DNA from: Vermamoeba vermiformis
Taxonomy: Eukaryota
Direction of reading: 5' to 3'
Assembly: GCA_045837725.1 (NCBI GenBank)
Contig: JBEWZL010000304.1
Span: 62,001 to 126,000, forward strand
DNA length: 64,000 bases
The position numbers were made by a program, and so were the translations under genes. Position 1 is the stretch's first letter, and the number at the start of each line of letters is the position of its first letter. A model generated the notes under the pieces. That model was not told the DNA's origin, did no database searches, and saw only the letters and a list, made by a program, of their open reading frames with translations. Shown here one piece after another: positions 27,056-39,231 of the stretch.

Positions 27056-28607
27056 ATGAGTTCATTATCTAAAGTACTTGATTGGTCTTTAAGCCTCGAT
27101 GACCGCGAAAATGAAGAGGAGGATGAAATTGAAACAGGTAACGAACTTGATCTGTCCGTAAATAAATTGAATATTATTTAATTTAGTGAGCTAATGCTCT
27201 AATAATATTAATATGGCCTAAATAGTAACGTTCATATTTTAGAAAAATATTTGGAGCAGTTTGACGTAAAATCAATTATCAATGAATATTGGGAGGTCAA
27301 AGCAGCTCAAATAGAACAAATTACGAATAGGAAAATTTCTAAACATGCATTTCCATTGTCGCAAATTAAATACATGATGGATCTGGAGTGCGACGAGGTA
27401 AGATCTATTATTCAATGCTAATTTCAAGAAAGTTTTTAACAATTTATTGTAGGACGTTAAAGTATTAAAAGAATGCGGTGCCCTATTATCAAAATTATCG
27501 GAGATGTTCGTAGAAGAGATTTCAATTAAAAGCTGGTTTATGAAGGCGAGGGACAACGAAGAACGTCAAAATTTAACAGTAAGAATTATTATTATAAGAA
27601 ATAATTATCGTATTAATATTTATTAGCGAAGAGATGTTGAATTTGCTGTGATGAGAACAGAAGAATACGATTTTTTGGTGGAGTTATTTGACGAGGAGCA
27701 ACAAAACAAGGCAAAATCGTTAGATCCGAACAGACTAGACTTGGGATTTTGGCGCGCATCAAAAATATTAGACTCGAGCATTGTTGGTGCTAAAGAGAAC
27801 GTCACAATAGATGATTTGAACATATTTCAAAATGAAGGTAAAAACCCATCACTTACTCATACAAATTTTTATCGAGCTGTATTAGCCAAAATATGGTTAG
27901 ACATTTGTTTTTAAATGATTTTTTTTACCTTAATCAATTCGTTCAATTATTAATAACCGTTCGTTTTATTCTAGATGAAGTTGCCAACTCAGTAATCAAC
28001 CTGCACTTACTAAAAGAGTTCGATGCAGCAACAAAATCGATCTCCATTGCTGTGTACGGCGACATTTTAATTTCAAAATTTCAACTTAAAATCACAAAGG
28101 GCTTTACGTCAGCTTCAACAAGTACGTAAACAAAGCATTTAATAGGTCTGTATAGAAATGTGGCCAACGATCATTTAAGTGCAACACACGAGGAAATTAT
28201 CGTTCGTTTTTGACGTTACAAATGACAAGTCAGTTGTAACTGGCGGTGTTGGCGTCGTCGAAATTTCAATTGCTGACAAAGAGACAATGTCGATGAACTT
28301 GATATTCAACAGAGTCGACGGCCATAAGATTAGATATCAATTCAATTGTGTGCCGTCGTACATGCCAATTACGGACGAAGATGAAAATACCACCAATAAT
28401 AACGATAATACAAATATATTAGGACCTGTTACTTCCATTACGAACGGTCCCGAATTGTTTGTTTACGATGAAAATGATATGCCGAAAATATACGAAAGGA
28501 ATAGCGAAGTCAAATCAGATCCTGACGACAACTTCCTTGATTCAGAGGAAGAAAAAAGTGGGCCTGAATTTTATGAGCCAAGCGACGAAGAAAATGATCA
28601 AGATTAA
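27056..28607 (+). CDS. NF-YC/HAP5-like histone-fold protein with C-terminal extension
   Basis: Spliced HAFPLSQIKYMMDLECDE-DVKVLKECGALLSKLSEMFVEEISIKSW...ERQNLT-RRDVEFAVMRTEEYDFLVELF resembles the NF-YC core (LPLARIKKIMK...ACEMFILELT..SW...KRRTLQ.NDI..A..R.D.FDFL.D). Confidence 0.75.
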
Positions 28608-28692
28608 CGGTTGATCTATTGTAAAATAAAAATCGTTTTTTTTGTTTCTTTCATGCACTCGAATTTAACTAAACTAGCAATACAACTTTATT

Positions 28693-31600
28693 CTAATTGA
28701 CAGGTCTAAAAGCATATTTTACGAGAGTTTTGATTCTGACGTCTCATTTCAAATCGTTGCACGTGATCTTCGTTCATGAACGAGTAGCCGCTGTAACTGA
28801 GACTGCGACGAGCATTGCTTGCCTCGGTTGAATTACTCGGCCAACAGCCTGCCTTATCGATACTAACAGAGCCTTGCGGGCATGCAGAAACGCATCGCCA
28901 AGGTGTCTGTGTGTGATCGCAAACAGATCCGGAACTGCTGTCTTTGCAGTGAGCGTTCACGACACAGCTCAAAAAGTCCGAGTCCGCAGGCACGTTACTC
29001 AGCTCCAAAATGTTGCTCAAGCCATTGCCCAATGACTTGAGATCCAAGTTGAGGGATAAGCGTCGCTCGTGTCCAGCCAGCATGATGACAATGGTCAGCT
29101 CGGGGAAATCTCCGTGCATCACATTTACCAGCGAGAAGTCGCTCAATTCAACGCTCTTCAAGCCAAGCACATTGCCGAGGTTGAATCGAATACCAATGCC
29201 AGCTATGGAAAAATTCACAACGTTAGTCCGGTACGCTCGATGAATCCGTAAATACGTACACAAAATCTCGTCTAATGAAGGCAAGTCAAACGGCAAGATT
29301 CGTTCTATTTTTCCCAGGATGATGTCCGCGAGATTGTCGAATCGAATGCCAAACGAGAGTAACAAATCTGTGACGGGCACATTGCTTACAAGAGTGGTGG
29401 TGGAAGCAACGTCAATAATAATGTTAAGTTTGTTTTGGTTACATTTTCGGCCTTGACTTACTGAGGCTGTTGCAGTCACGCCGGAAAGCTCGGCGTCAGC
29501 TGCAATTCTGAATACCTTCGTGTACAGAATTCCTTGCAACTCTCCGTCTTTTGTTGCGAATGTCAGCAACAGCAAATTGAGTCTGACATTGTCGGGAACA
29601 TCATTGATGTCAATACGATCCAAGAAATCCACATTCAAATCTAAATAAAGTCAGTATATGTGAATGATAGGCTGTCTACAATAAACAGCCCCCCCCCCCC
29701 TTCGTACCTTTGAAGAATTGCACAATGCTCAGTGAAGAACAAATTCTGTACGCGAAAGGCATTGACAAATGAATCGGCCAAGTCGACACTAGCTCTGCCC
29801 AAGAACGAAATCTCAGCGCGACCTATCTGAATAGCGGCACCGAGACCGATCGTGGAAATGATAGGGCCAGGCGCGATACCAATCTCAGCGGTGACGTTGC
29901 CAATGTTAAGTCCGTTGACATTGAACGCGTTGTACCACATTCCAATCATCGAGCCGCCAATCGTGACTTGACCTGACTGAACTTGTCCTTCTACGTGGAA
30001 AATCAAGCTGTCTTGTTCGGGTATTCGTAGCTCGAGCTCAGCTGCCACCGACAAAGTAACTGCTTTGGCAAATGGCCTTGCGATAATTCCAAACCCCAAA
30101 AATCGGAGCTTGGAATCGAGGTCGAAAAGGTGTTGATTTCAAAAGCCCTTCGAACTGGCCTTTGAATCCAGTCACGTCCAATGCATCGAACACAAAAATT
30201 GCGGCGCCCAAGATCAATTCGCCTATGAGAAAGTTACTCACACTGTCGAGAACAATGAATGGACTAAGTGGCCCACCGAAGATTCAGCCAGGGAACAGAT
30301 CTCTGACCGGTCCAATGAGATCCTAATGACCCTTTGACAGCAGGTGTCCCTAGTGTCATTCCTCTGCGGTCACGTGTCAGTTTATGAACGCGCGTGTTCG
30401 GGGGGGATGTTACCTTGTAATCACCATGCCGTTCATCATGAGAGTCAAAGGGCAAAGTTGATTCTGGATTCGAAAACTGCTCGCGATTACCATGCTCATG
30501 CGTCGATTAGAAATGTCGAACTTGTCGCTTAATGACGGCACGTCAATACCAAGCAGCGATTTGATAACCTCGTCTACAACGTGTTAGATCATGGGGGAGA
30601 ATTAGTGGATGAGTTTCTTACCTATGCTCGGCACGTCGAAGTCGTTGACGAAAAAGCCCAAATTTCCGTTGTTGAGGGTGCCAAGCACTTGGGCAGACAT
30701 TTCAGAGATTCTGGGTATGTTTGAACGTGCACCAGTGGGGAGGTATGCTTCAACGCTAAATCTATTGACGAACGAAGTTGCTCTGTTGCGCACGTGCGAT
30801 CGTTGAGCAATGGTGAGATTGAACTGTGTTTTGTCGATTGCCATAGAAGGTACAAAAAAAGTATTGGGCCAAGGTGATATCTCACCTGAATATTCGTTCC
30901 CCCCCCCTAATTATACTATTGACCGAACTGTACGGAACAAGATCATGGCACGTGACTCGGAATAAAAGTTTCCATTGACCGTGGGATTAATTGGGAGGTT
31001 TAGCGGGGCCAAAGGGGGTTTTTTTTTTGTGTGTTCCGTAATCAAGAAGGTCTAGGACCTTGTTAATATATTAATTACTATTTTTTAAATTCGAAGTTGA
31101 CTTACCAATGCCTTCAATACGGAACACAACGCTCGTAGAATGCATTTGCACGGGTCCTAATTGCAGTCCATTGTCGTCTAACAAACTCAACTCAACAAAG
31201 GATTGTTGCTCGTTGATCATAGCGAACAGCAAAGTATAACTTGAGGAATAACTACGTGTCTCCCAATTCCACACAGTAACGTCAGTACTGGGTCTCAAAG
31301 TGCAGCTACGTCAATTGAATACCTATCCAAGAAGCTGCCCAATGAATTGATCAATCCTTGGCCTTCTATTTTAAGTTCATCCACGTGTAAGTGCACGCCA
31401 GGAACGAAGGTGAAATCTCGATTTTTGCGAGTGAATGTAGCGAGTGTTGTTACGGTCAGTGTGCCGCTGCTGATCAATGAAATATCGCTCATCCAAGCAC
31501 CATTGTTAGCTGTGATATTGTGCCCAAAGCTAGTGGCATGTCGTTTGAGCAAAGGCAAGCTCATTAAGGGTTTCCCAGGTAACTGCAACAAAGTTGACCT

Positions 31601-32645
31601 CGAGGAACAAGTTCATATTGGCTGCTGTGAAATCTTCCGTGTCGCCGTTGAACGTCAGAACTGCATTGCATGTGGCATTCCCGATATCTATTATCGATAC
31701 GTGACTTGAAATTTCGATTTTTGCGAGCTGCACGTTGGAACTTCTGTTCACGTAACAAGCACCTTTGCATCGGTGATTGTAATCTTGTCCACGTCCATTG
31801 AATATTGAATAAAAAGTTCCATGAGTGTCGGATTAGGCACTGTGTCACGTGATAATATAACAGTCCCTCCTTCAAATGTTATTCCAATGGCTACTTGTGC
31901 AACTGTCAAGTTTGGATCTGTCAAAAAGTGGGTGCTCGATAAGGTAGATTGGGGGATCTAATCCCAATACCAAAGATGTGACAAAGAATATTGTAGCGGC
32001 TATTAGTATCCACACATGCCCGTTACAGTAACGGCAGACCCAACCCTGGACGAAGATCGCATTTGGCAAGTCCTGGCATGAGTTTAATTGACCCACGTAC
32101 TAAAATATAGGCGCCTGATCCAGGGTTAAAAGAATCTATCCATGCTCGCTTATACCAAGTTAATTCGCCTCTTTCATTAAAATAACCGTATTGCGGTATT
32201 TCAGGATCGCTTTCCACAACGAGTATGAGTGCTCATCGATTAAGTATTCACTTTCTTGTTTCTTCTCGACTAGTAGTAATTGGTAAAATATTCGTGAATA
32301 ATATAATTAAACTAAATGACATACCGCGAAAAGATTCTGCTTGACGGATCGATTGAGAATCTAGACAAAAAAAATTAGTGGCAAGAAATTCTAAATTTAA
32401 TGAATATTAATATCTTGATACGTTCCATCATATTAATAATCGATCGAGCTAAGTTGATGTCAAACCAACCATTAAATATTTTAAAATTATCTTTCATTAT
32501 TACGGTTAATTAATATCCTGCACAATCTGTTATTGAGTTTATTCTTATAAACTGGTTGTAGAACAATTAAATCCTTGGTAATACCTGCAACGCTGACTAC
32601 TGGATCAAACACTTGAGAATAAATTGCTTTGTTCCTTCCTTCCAT
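28693..32645 (-). pseudogene. Large beta-rich membrane-anchored protein, left-arm copy with many frameshifts (possibly sequence error)
   Basis: Mirror of 41271-45159. It has indels and homopolymer substitutions (e.g. C-run 29689-29700, T-run 31019-31028). Confidence 0.65.
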
Positions 32646-32790
32646 TATCGTGTATTCATTATGTATTGAATAGCAAACAGACCAAAAATATCTTACGTGG
32701 TCTAATAAACAAATATGAAATAAATGAACTACCGAAATTTTTACTGGGTGGTTCGTGAATAAAGGTCGGGCTAAATACAAATAAAACACT

Positions 32791-34165
32791 TCACAACAAA
32801 ACGCACCAACGGGACTTCTGCACCTCAGGGGTGGGCTTCCAAGGCTTAAATCCATAAATCTTTTGACCGAGTTCAGTCAGCTGTACGTCCTCGGGAAATG
32901 GGTACATCGGTCTGAACGGAGAGTTGGACTGATAGAACGGCACGACATGTGGATAAGAAGCAGGTGCCATTTTCATGTATTGGATCAAACGGAAGCGATT
33001 GCTGTCATTAGGGAATGTGCCGTGAGGTATCGCCGAGTGCCAGATCAACAAACTGCCCTTGCGCAGTGGCAACTTTTGAATGTCATTTCGAATCGGATCC
33101 ATGCGAGGCACTTGAACTAAAAAAGGTGTCAGCGTCATTTATAATTTGCCTGAGCACGTACCGGTAGTCTCATCATAAATGTTGGGATAAGTGTTTCGTT
33201 GTTCCAGGTGATCCATTTGCTTTACCCTGACCCTCGATGTGCTTGTGGAAGACGGGCACTGAATGAAAACCTCCGTCATTAGGGCCGCAATCATAAAGAC
33301 CCAATATTCCTTGCACCATCAAGTAGTTGAATCCTTTGTTGTGCGGTTGATCTGGATTGTTTCCTTGCCATCCGTACATCGACGTCTTACCAGTCCAAGG
33401 ATCTGTAACTCACTTTTAGTACTCCTCACGCACCACAGTGTATAGTATCTTACTCATATCCCAATGCAGCCACTGGCTCTTAGTCTTCCATTCAGGTTTG
33501 TCCACGGGCTCTTCTTTGCCGGGAAATTTGATTCCCTTTGTTGGCCTCATCATGCCGATGCGATCGACGCTTGTATATAATCTACCAATGTCATAAATTA
33601 CGGGCTGTAACTTCACAAACAGATCTTAACTTACTCTGTCTCGCCGTAAAGTTTACAGAAAAAGTCGTACATATTCGGGTGTTCTCGATTGCTACAGGCT
33701 TGCTGACTTAACGTCAAGTCGCTTCCCAATATACCTAGATGCGCGCCCCAAGGCCAACGTTCCCAGGTACTCGGATCCTAACCACAATTCAGTCCGGACT
33801 GAAAAAAGCTAATTTTAAACTTACATCCTTCTCCGCGTTTAACATTTTTCCTAAATAATCCCATACTTCGTTAGCAGTTCTATCTGCTTCTTCGTCACTA
33901 ATAATGTTCCTTATGACCTTTAAATTTCAAATTTCAAATAAAAATTTAAATAATATTATAAAATCGCCGAAACTCGACTTACCACTATACCGTACGTGTC
34001 AAAAAAATCTCGCCAAGCGGCGACATCGTCTTTTTCAAAACTAATAACGTAACCTTCCTCATCTTTTGGGATCTGCAATGTCGTGTAGCCATAATTTGAA
34101 TTTACTGGCTCGTTAAAGGGATCGTTCGAAGTTTCCTCGATTGTCTTTTCGTTTGATGCTTCCAT
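32791..34165 (-). CDS. PhyH-like 2OG-Fe(II) dioxygenase, left-arm copy (frameshift near 33200)
   Basis: Mirror of 39755-41127; essentially identical except for the patch at ~33140-33265. Confidence 0.75.
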
Positions 34166-34339
34166 GCTGTGGTTTGTGGTGTGGTGTCACAATTAAAAAA
34201 AACACGATTATTTTTGGTGAGGTCTTAATGTCAAAGGTCCTTGCTTCCAGTACTCTGGATACTAACAGCTAATCCATAACGAACTGCTCAAGACAGAGCG
34301 CAAACTAGCGAGCCAGAAGAGGCCAAAAGCAAAAAAGAA

Positions 34340-34410
34340 TGCACTCACCGGGAATCGAACCCGGGTCGCCCGCGTGGCAGGCGGACATCATGCCCCTAGA
34401 CCATGAGTGC
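34340..34410 (-). tRNA. trnG-GCC: tRNA-Gly(GCC)
   Basis: 71 nt cloverleaf GCACTCA-TG-GTCTAGGGGCATGAT-G-TCCGC-CTGCCAC-GCGGG-CGAC-CCGGG-TTCGATT-CCCGG-TGAGTGC-A, followed by a TTCTTTTTT Pol III terminator. Confidence 0.95.
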
Positions 34411-34581
34411 CTTGTTGATTTTTTTCGGCGAGATTTTTCGAGTCACACCACTTCGTTAAGCCATCAAACAGCATTCATTTCTTCTTTGGCCCCTTGGTTG
34501 CATATTGTCCTTTCCTTTTGATGCAGTAATGGCCGCCGACAGCAATACACGTAGTTAATAAATACTTTACTGCTAAGACAG

Positions 34582-36307
34582 TTACTTCCTTGGCGAACCT
34601 CGCTTAGACATTGCGGCAGCTAAATCACCCATCAAGCCACCGCCGCCACCAGGTGGACCAGGACGTGCTCCTCCAGAGGGTGGGCCTCCTCCGCTTTTTT
34701 CTTTTGAAACTATCGGTGCTGACCGATCATTCGTTTGTGCTTTCTTCAAGCCACCTGTGCGCGTGTTAGTTAAAAATTTCTGCTATGTGCAACGCTAGAA
34801 CGCACCTTTTTTGAAATTTGCAATCGATGATAATAGGGCATTTCGTTCACCGCTTGGAGGCGGGGCATCGTACTCTTCGGGTTGCTCAACAGCTTTGAAA
34901 GCTGGTGGTGGAGGTGGAGGCGGACCTCCAGCCTTTGGCATAGGTGGAGGTGGGGGTGGACCTCCGGCGGTTTTTGGAGTTGGCGGAGGTGGAGGAGGAC
35001 CCCCAGCTGTCTTTTGAGGAAGTGGAGGTGGAGCACCGTAAGATTGCTGCGGTGCTTGACTCGCGCGTTGTTGCGGTGGCATTGGTGGCGTGCCTTGCTC
35101 TATGAAACCAATTAGCTATTAGTGCTATTCAAGAAGAAATATGTAGTACGTTTAGGAGGTGCGGCTACTTTGGGCATTTTAGGTGGTGGCGGGTTTGGGG
35201 TTCGCGGTGACGTCATCATTTGTGGCGGAGGTGTAGGCTGTGCTGTCGCTCGAGGAGACGGTGCGCCGGCACTGCTCTTCAACGGCGTTGTATTTTGCTT
35301 GGGTGGCATCATCATTGGCATTCCCATCATCATCGCTAACAACAGTTATTACGTGCTAAAAGTGTAGTATGATTCTTACGTCTGCCACCAGGAGCGCCAC
35401 CGCCTCCGCTGCTTCCTTTGTCCTTTGTTAAGATAGGTGACGAGCGATCGTTTGTTTGTGCTTTTTTCAATCCGCCCTTCTTAAAATTTGAAATTGACGA
35501 CAAGAGCGCATTGCGCTCACCGCTGGGAGCAGGTGTGTCATAATCCTCATGCGTCTCGGCTGCTTTGAATGCAGGTGGCGGTGGGGGCGGAGGACCTCCT
35601 GCTTTGGGCATGGGAGGTGGTGGAGGTGGGCCTCCAGCCGTCTTCGCCATTGGAGGGGGAGGAGCACTTGCTCTTGTAACAGGTGGGGGTGGTGGAGCTG
35701 AACCATATGACGCCGATGGTTGCGCTGAACGCACACCGGGAGGCGGTAATTTGAATGCACCTTGAGGAGGAGGCTGATTAGCGTAACCTTGATCGTAACC
35801 TTGCTGTTGACCGCTGTAATCCTGTTGACCGCTGTAATCACCATAATTATCTTGTTGAGGAGGTGGTGGCTAGTTTTATCAATAAGTGCGTCGGGCACGG
35901 AGTTTAACATGAATGAACTTACTGCAGGGCGGTAAGGATTATTTGGAGGGGGTGGTGGAGGGCCCGGGTTGGTTGGCGCCGGTGCGTTGTAGCTTAAAAA
36001 GCGAATAAAGATGAGTCATGCTTTCTTTCAAATTCAAAGCACGAGTATTGGTACCTTGTGTTTGTCGTAGTGTGCCCTCCAGCGGCGTTTAATGCCGTCG
36101 ACAATTCCTCGGGTAAATTGCTTCCCTATTAAAGTATTGAGACCCTTTTATTAAAGTTAGTGATTCACGGGTACGTACCTCTAAACTACCCTTATCGGGA
36201 TCGTAGCCCACATGACCTACGTGCTTAAAGCCAGTAGGCGTTCCCAAACTAAAATTGGCGTCTTTTTTTTCTTTGTCCTTTCCAAAAATCTTTTTAAATA
36301 CGGACAT
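34582..36307 (-). CDS. CRIB + polyproline + two WH2 actin-regulating protein (WASP/WIP-like)
   Basis: CRIB LGTPTGFKHVGHVG; GGPPPPPP tracts; two WIP-type WH2 motifs ERNALLSSI(S/A)NFKKGGLKKAQTNDRS(S/A)P; stop TAA at 34582-34584. Confidence 0.85.
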
Positions 36308-36757
36308 GCTGCGGAAAACAAACGTATTAATAGATGCGTGCGATCTGTGGAATAGAAATGACTGAGATTTTGACGATAAATATTATGCCTTCGTTAATTA
36401 AATGAGCAAATCAAAATAAGAATTATAAAGGAATTAATCAGTAAGAATCGAAATGATTTTCTATTGGATCCGATAAAAGTAATTGATTTGAAATGCCTGA
36501 ATTAAATCAGGATGCCTTTTTATCAAGTAAAATTTTAAGAGCATTGTCTGTATTTAATATGCAGTTTGTAGGTTAGTCTTACTTTATTAAAAAATTGAAT
36601 TGTGGTTCTTCAGGCTAATTGTTGAGGCTCAATCAACTGGTAGACACCAATATGTCCGGAATATGCTGTGGTGTTGTTGTTGGGCGAGTAAATTTGCGTG
36701 GTCAATCCAAAAACAGATTTTTCTGATCGCGCACCCGTAAAATTTTCTGATCGAGCC

Positions 36758-37973
36758 ATGAAGGCAACAGCCCTTTTCGTGTGCCTCTTTACTGCGTGTA
36801 CCGCGCAGTTTTGTGTGGACTTGGGTTATGGATGCTTGCGGCTTCGAGCAACAGCCTCAGGACTTGGCCAAATTATCGCGTGCATTCCAGATGGAAAATA
36901 CGTGGAGGATCTTGGCTCAAGCAGATGGCTTGACGGATTAATGTGGAGAAATATTAGGTAAATATTGAGGAATGCAATGGAAATTGATATTTTATAGTTA
37001 TTAATCGGCTGACATTTAATAATTTTAAAATAAGATACAACGGTCAATCAGGCTGGGCGGCAGCAGATTATTTAAAGCACTGTGGAGGCTCGCAACCCAT
37101 AGAAGTTACAAACGGAGCTAAAATATTCGGCAGATTACCTTTTAATACCAGCTTCCCGATCGCTCAATTTTATGGCGATACAGCGTCCGCCCGACTGAAT
37201 CAAGGCGTTTTTTATGGAGCTACACAAGTAAGTAACAACTCATTATAATGTCAAACTCTCCTGCCCACCGTAAATGCAAAACGAATTTTCTGACCTAGAT
37301 TGGCTAATCTGTCAACTCAACAGGGCATGCATTCTGGAGTTGATTGGAGCGTAGCATCTGGCACGCGAGTCCATTCTCTATGCACTGGCCTCGTAGTACA
37401 CGCGGGTATGAACTCCCCTTTTGGTGCAGGACCGCGCAGGTAAGCGAACAATGGATCTGTAAGCACGTGTTTAACCTTTCATGCGCAAGTGTGATTGTTC
37501 GTTGTGGGGATTGGTACGTGATGTACGGCCATCTCTCCGGGGAGACCGTGTTTAAAGGCCAAGAGATACAGGAAAGTCACGTAATAGGCGAGTCTGGCCT
37601 GTCAGGGACTTCTCACATGCACCTTGAAATTAGGTACGTCCGCCCGTCGATATTTATGTGGTTAACGCGTATGAGTTGACACCATTGTTTGCAGACCAGT
37701 CCCTGATAGCTTAAAGAATAATTGGGATCATACAGCGCATCCTGTAAGCCCCGGCAAGGCCGTCAATCCGATGCGATTTTTCGTGGACTCTCTAATAGCA
37801 GATCACTTCAACGCTCGATTACAGGTGCTCGGTGGCAATAAGCACTTCTGTACAGGCAACATGGTAAGTTGGCGTGACATGCATTACCTGACGATTACTT
37901 ACTTTTCGACAAGGTTACCCAGCCAGATATTGTTTTTGGAGGACCTCTTAGGAGTGACCCGTGTACCAATTAG
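36758..37973 (+). CDS. Secreted SH3b + M23 family Zn metallopeptidase (lysostaphin/LytM-like), 6 exons
   Basis: Signal peptide MKATALFVCLFTACTA; SH3b-like LRLRATASG...W..IRYNGQSGWAAADYL; M23 motifs HSGVD (HxxxD), YGHL and SHMHLEIR (HxH), then VNP. Five GT-AG introns. Confidence 0.85.
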
Positions 37974-38050
37974 ATGTAATATATATCCCATATTTAGTAT
38001 TTGTGTCGCATGCTTTATTTACAGGTTTACACGTTTTTTTGGAGATCGCG

Positions 38051-39231
38051 TCAATAGTACGATACTGACGATGGGTAAGACAGCACCACAATGAAGAATA
38101 ACAGCAAAAACAACGAAAATAAAATTAACTCGAAGTATTTGCTGGTTACTTGGCTGGATTCTGTTGTTGACTCGTCGACCGTGAAATCTTTCTCAAAGGC
38201 CAAAACCTTGTCCAAAGAATAATCTCCTTCTCTATAGTACAGCTGATAAAAACACTTTGGCGGAAATATCCTCCTCGGTAATTTTGTGTTTAAAGTGCTG
38301 AAATTGTAATCGTTGGCTGCTAGTTGTTCTGCTTCGTGCCCAATAAGCGGAATGTCATCTTTAGTGGGTGGAACATCCTAACGGTAATGATTATTAGCTT
38401 GTTCATAACGATTCAAACATAACCTAACCTACCTGTTTGACCGAATTCACGAATTTATTAATAAGGTCGCTCATCCAACGCCAGTAGACTTTTGACCGAA
38501 AGACTCGCCAAATCTTCACCGTCCTAGTCTTGTGGAAGTAACATATGAAGTCGCACGCCTTACTATCTGTCACCTCCATTTGCATTTGAATCTGTGCCAT
38601 GTACTCGGGAGGAACGTAGTCGTAGTCACGAAAGTACGGGCACTTTATTTCAATGACAATTCTCTCTTGCAGTTCTTGATCGTGTTCCACGATACCATCC
38701 GGTGTAGCACCCACTTGCTCGTTCTCTGGGTGGAAAACAAAGCCGCTTGGTTTAACGACATTACCAGTTATGTGCTACTTAATCTGTCAGATAGGGAAGC
38801 TCATACATAAAGCTTACCTCGTATATTTTGCGTAATTGAGGTTCTAGTTGCTTGCCAAATTTTACACTCTTGCCACTCGCATTTTCGAGTTCTGTCAGAT
38901 CGACACGCTAGACTTCCAATTAGAAGGATTCGAATTAAATTTACTCGATCATTAATACCTCAACACGGCCTGTCTTAACCTCCCAAAGCGACCTTGGGAT
39001 AATGTATCTAAATTTTTAAATTAGTAATTATTTTCCAGTCAAAATATTTTTACTAACTTGCTGATACCAATCGCCACACCGGCTTCACTGCCCGTTATTA
39101 TAGCGTTTCTGTAAATTTTAAAAATTAAAATAACGCTTGTTGAGTAATTAGGAAAGCAGATCACGCAACACTTACGGACCAACGTGCAGAGTCTTCCATT
39201 CAGAAGAATCCTCGGGTATTTCCTTATTCAT
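38051..39231 (-). CDS. YqaJ-like viral recombinase / lambda-exonuclease family PD-(D/E)xK nuclease with C-terminal TM helix, 6 exons
   Basis: Spliced motifs SSEW..L, IITGSEAGVAIG, LWEVKTG, FGKQLEP, GATPDG, IEIKCP, PPEYMAQIQMQMEV..CDF. The last exon (38377-38051) is open for 108 codons and ends KYFELILFSLFLLLFFIVVLSYPSSVSYY*. Confidence 0.85.

Larger units (their letters stand above)
9700..34521. repeat. Left arm of giant inverted repeat
   Basis: Mirror ORFs throughout, e.g. 9971..10198(-)/63502..63729(+), 28179..28607(+)/45243..45671(-), 33956..34165(-)/39755..39964(+). The last bases of the window map to 9700. Confidence 0.97.

Noticed and set aside
29689-31028. Poly-C, poly-G and poly-T tracts as phase-variation sites
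   Set aside because: They replace normal sequence present in the right arm and lie in error-dense patches, so they are more likely base-calling artefacts.
34339-34521. ORF MHSPGIEPGSPAWQADIMPLDHEC (and its mirror 39234..39578)
   Set aside because: Antisense translation of the tRNA-Gly gene and its repeats.
36758-39231. Bacterial or phage contamination, or an intact prophage/endogenous virus
   Set aside because: Both genes are split by GT-AG introns like their neighbours. No integrase, capsid or replication genes are visible.
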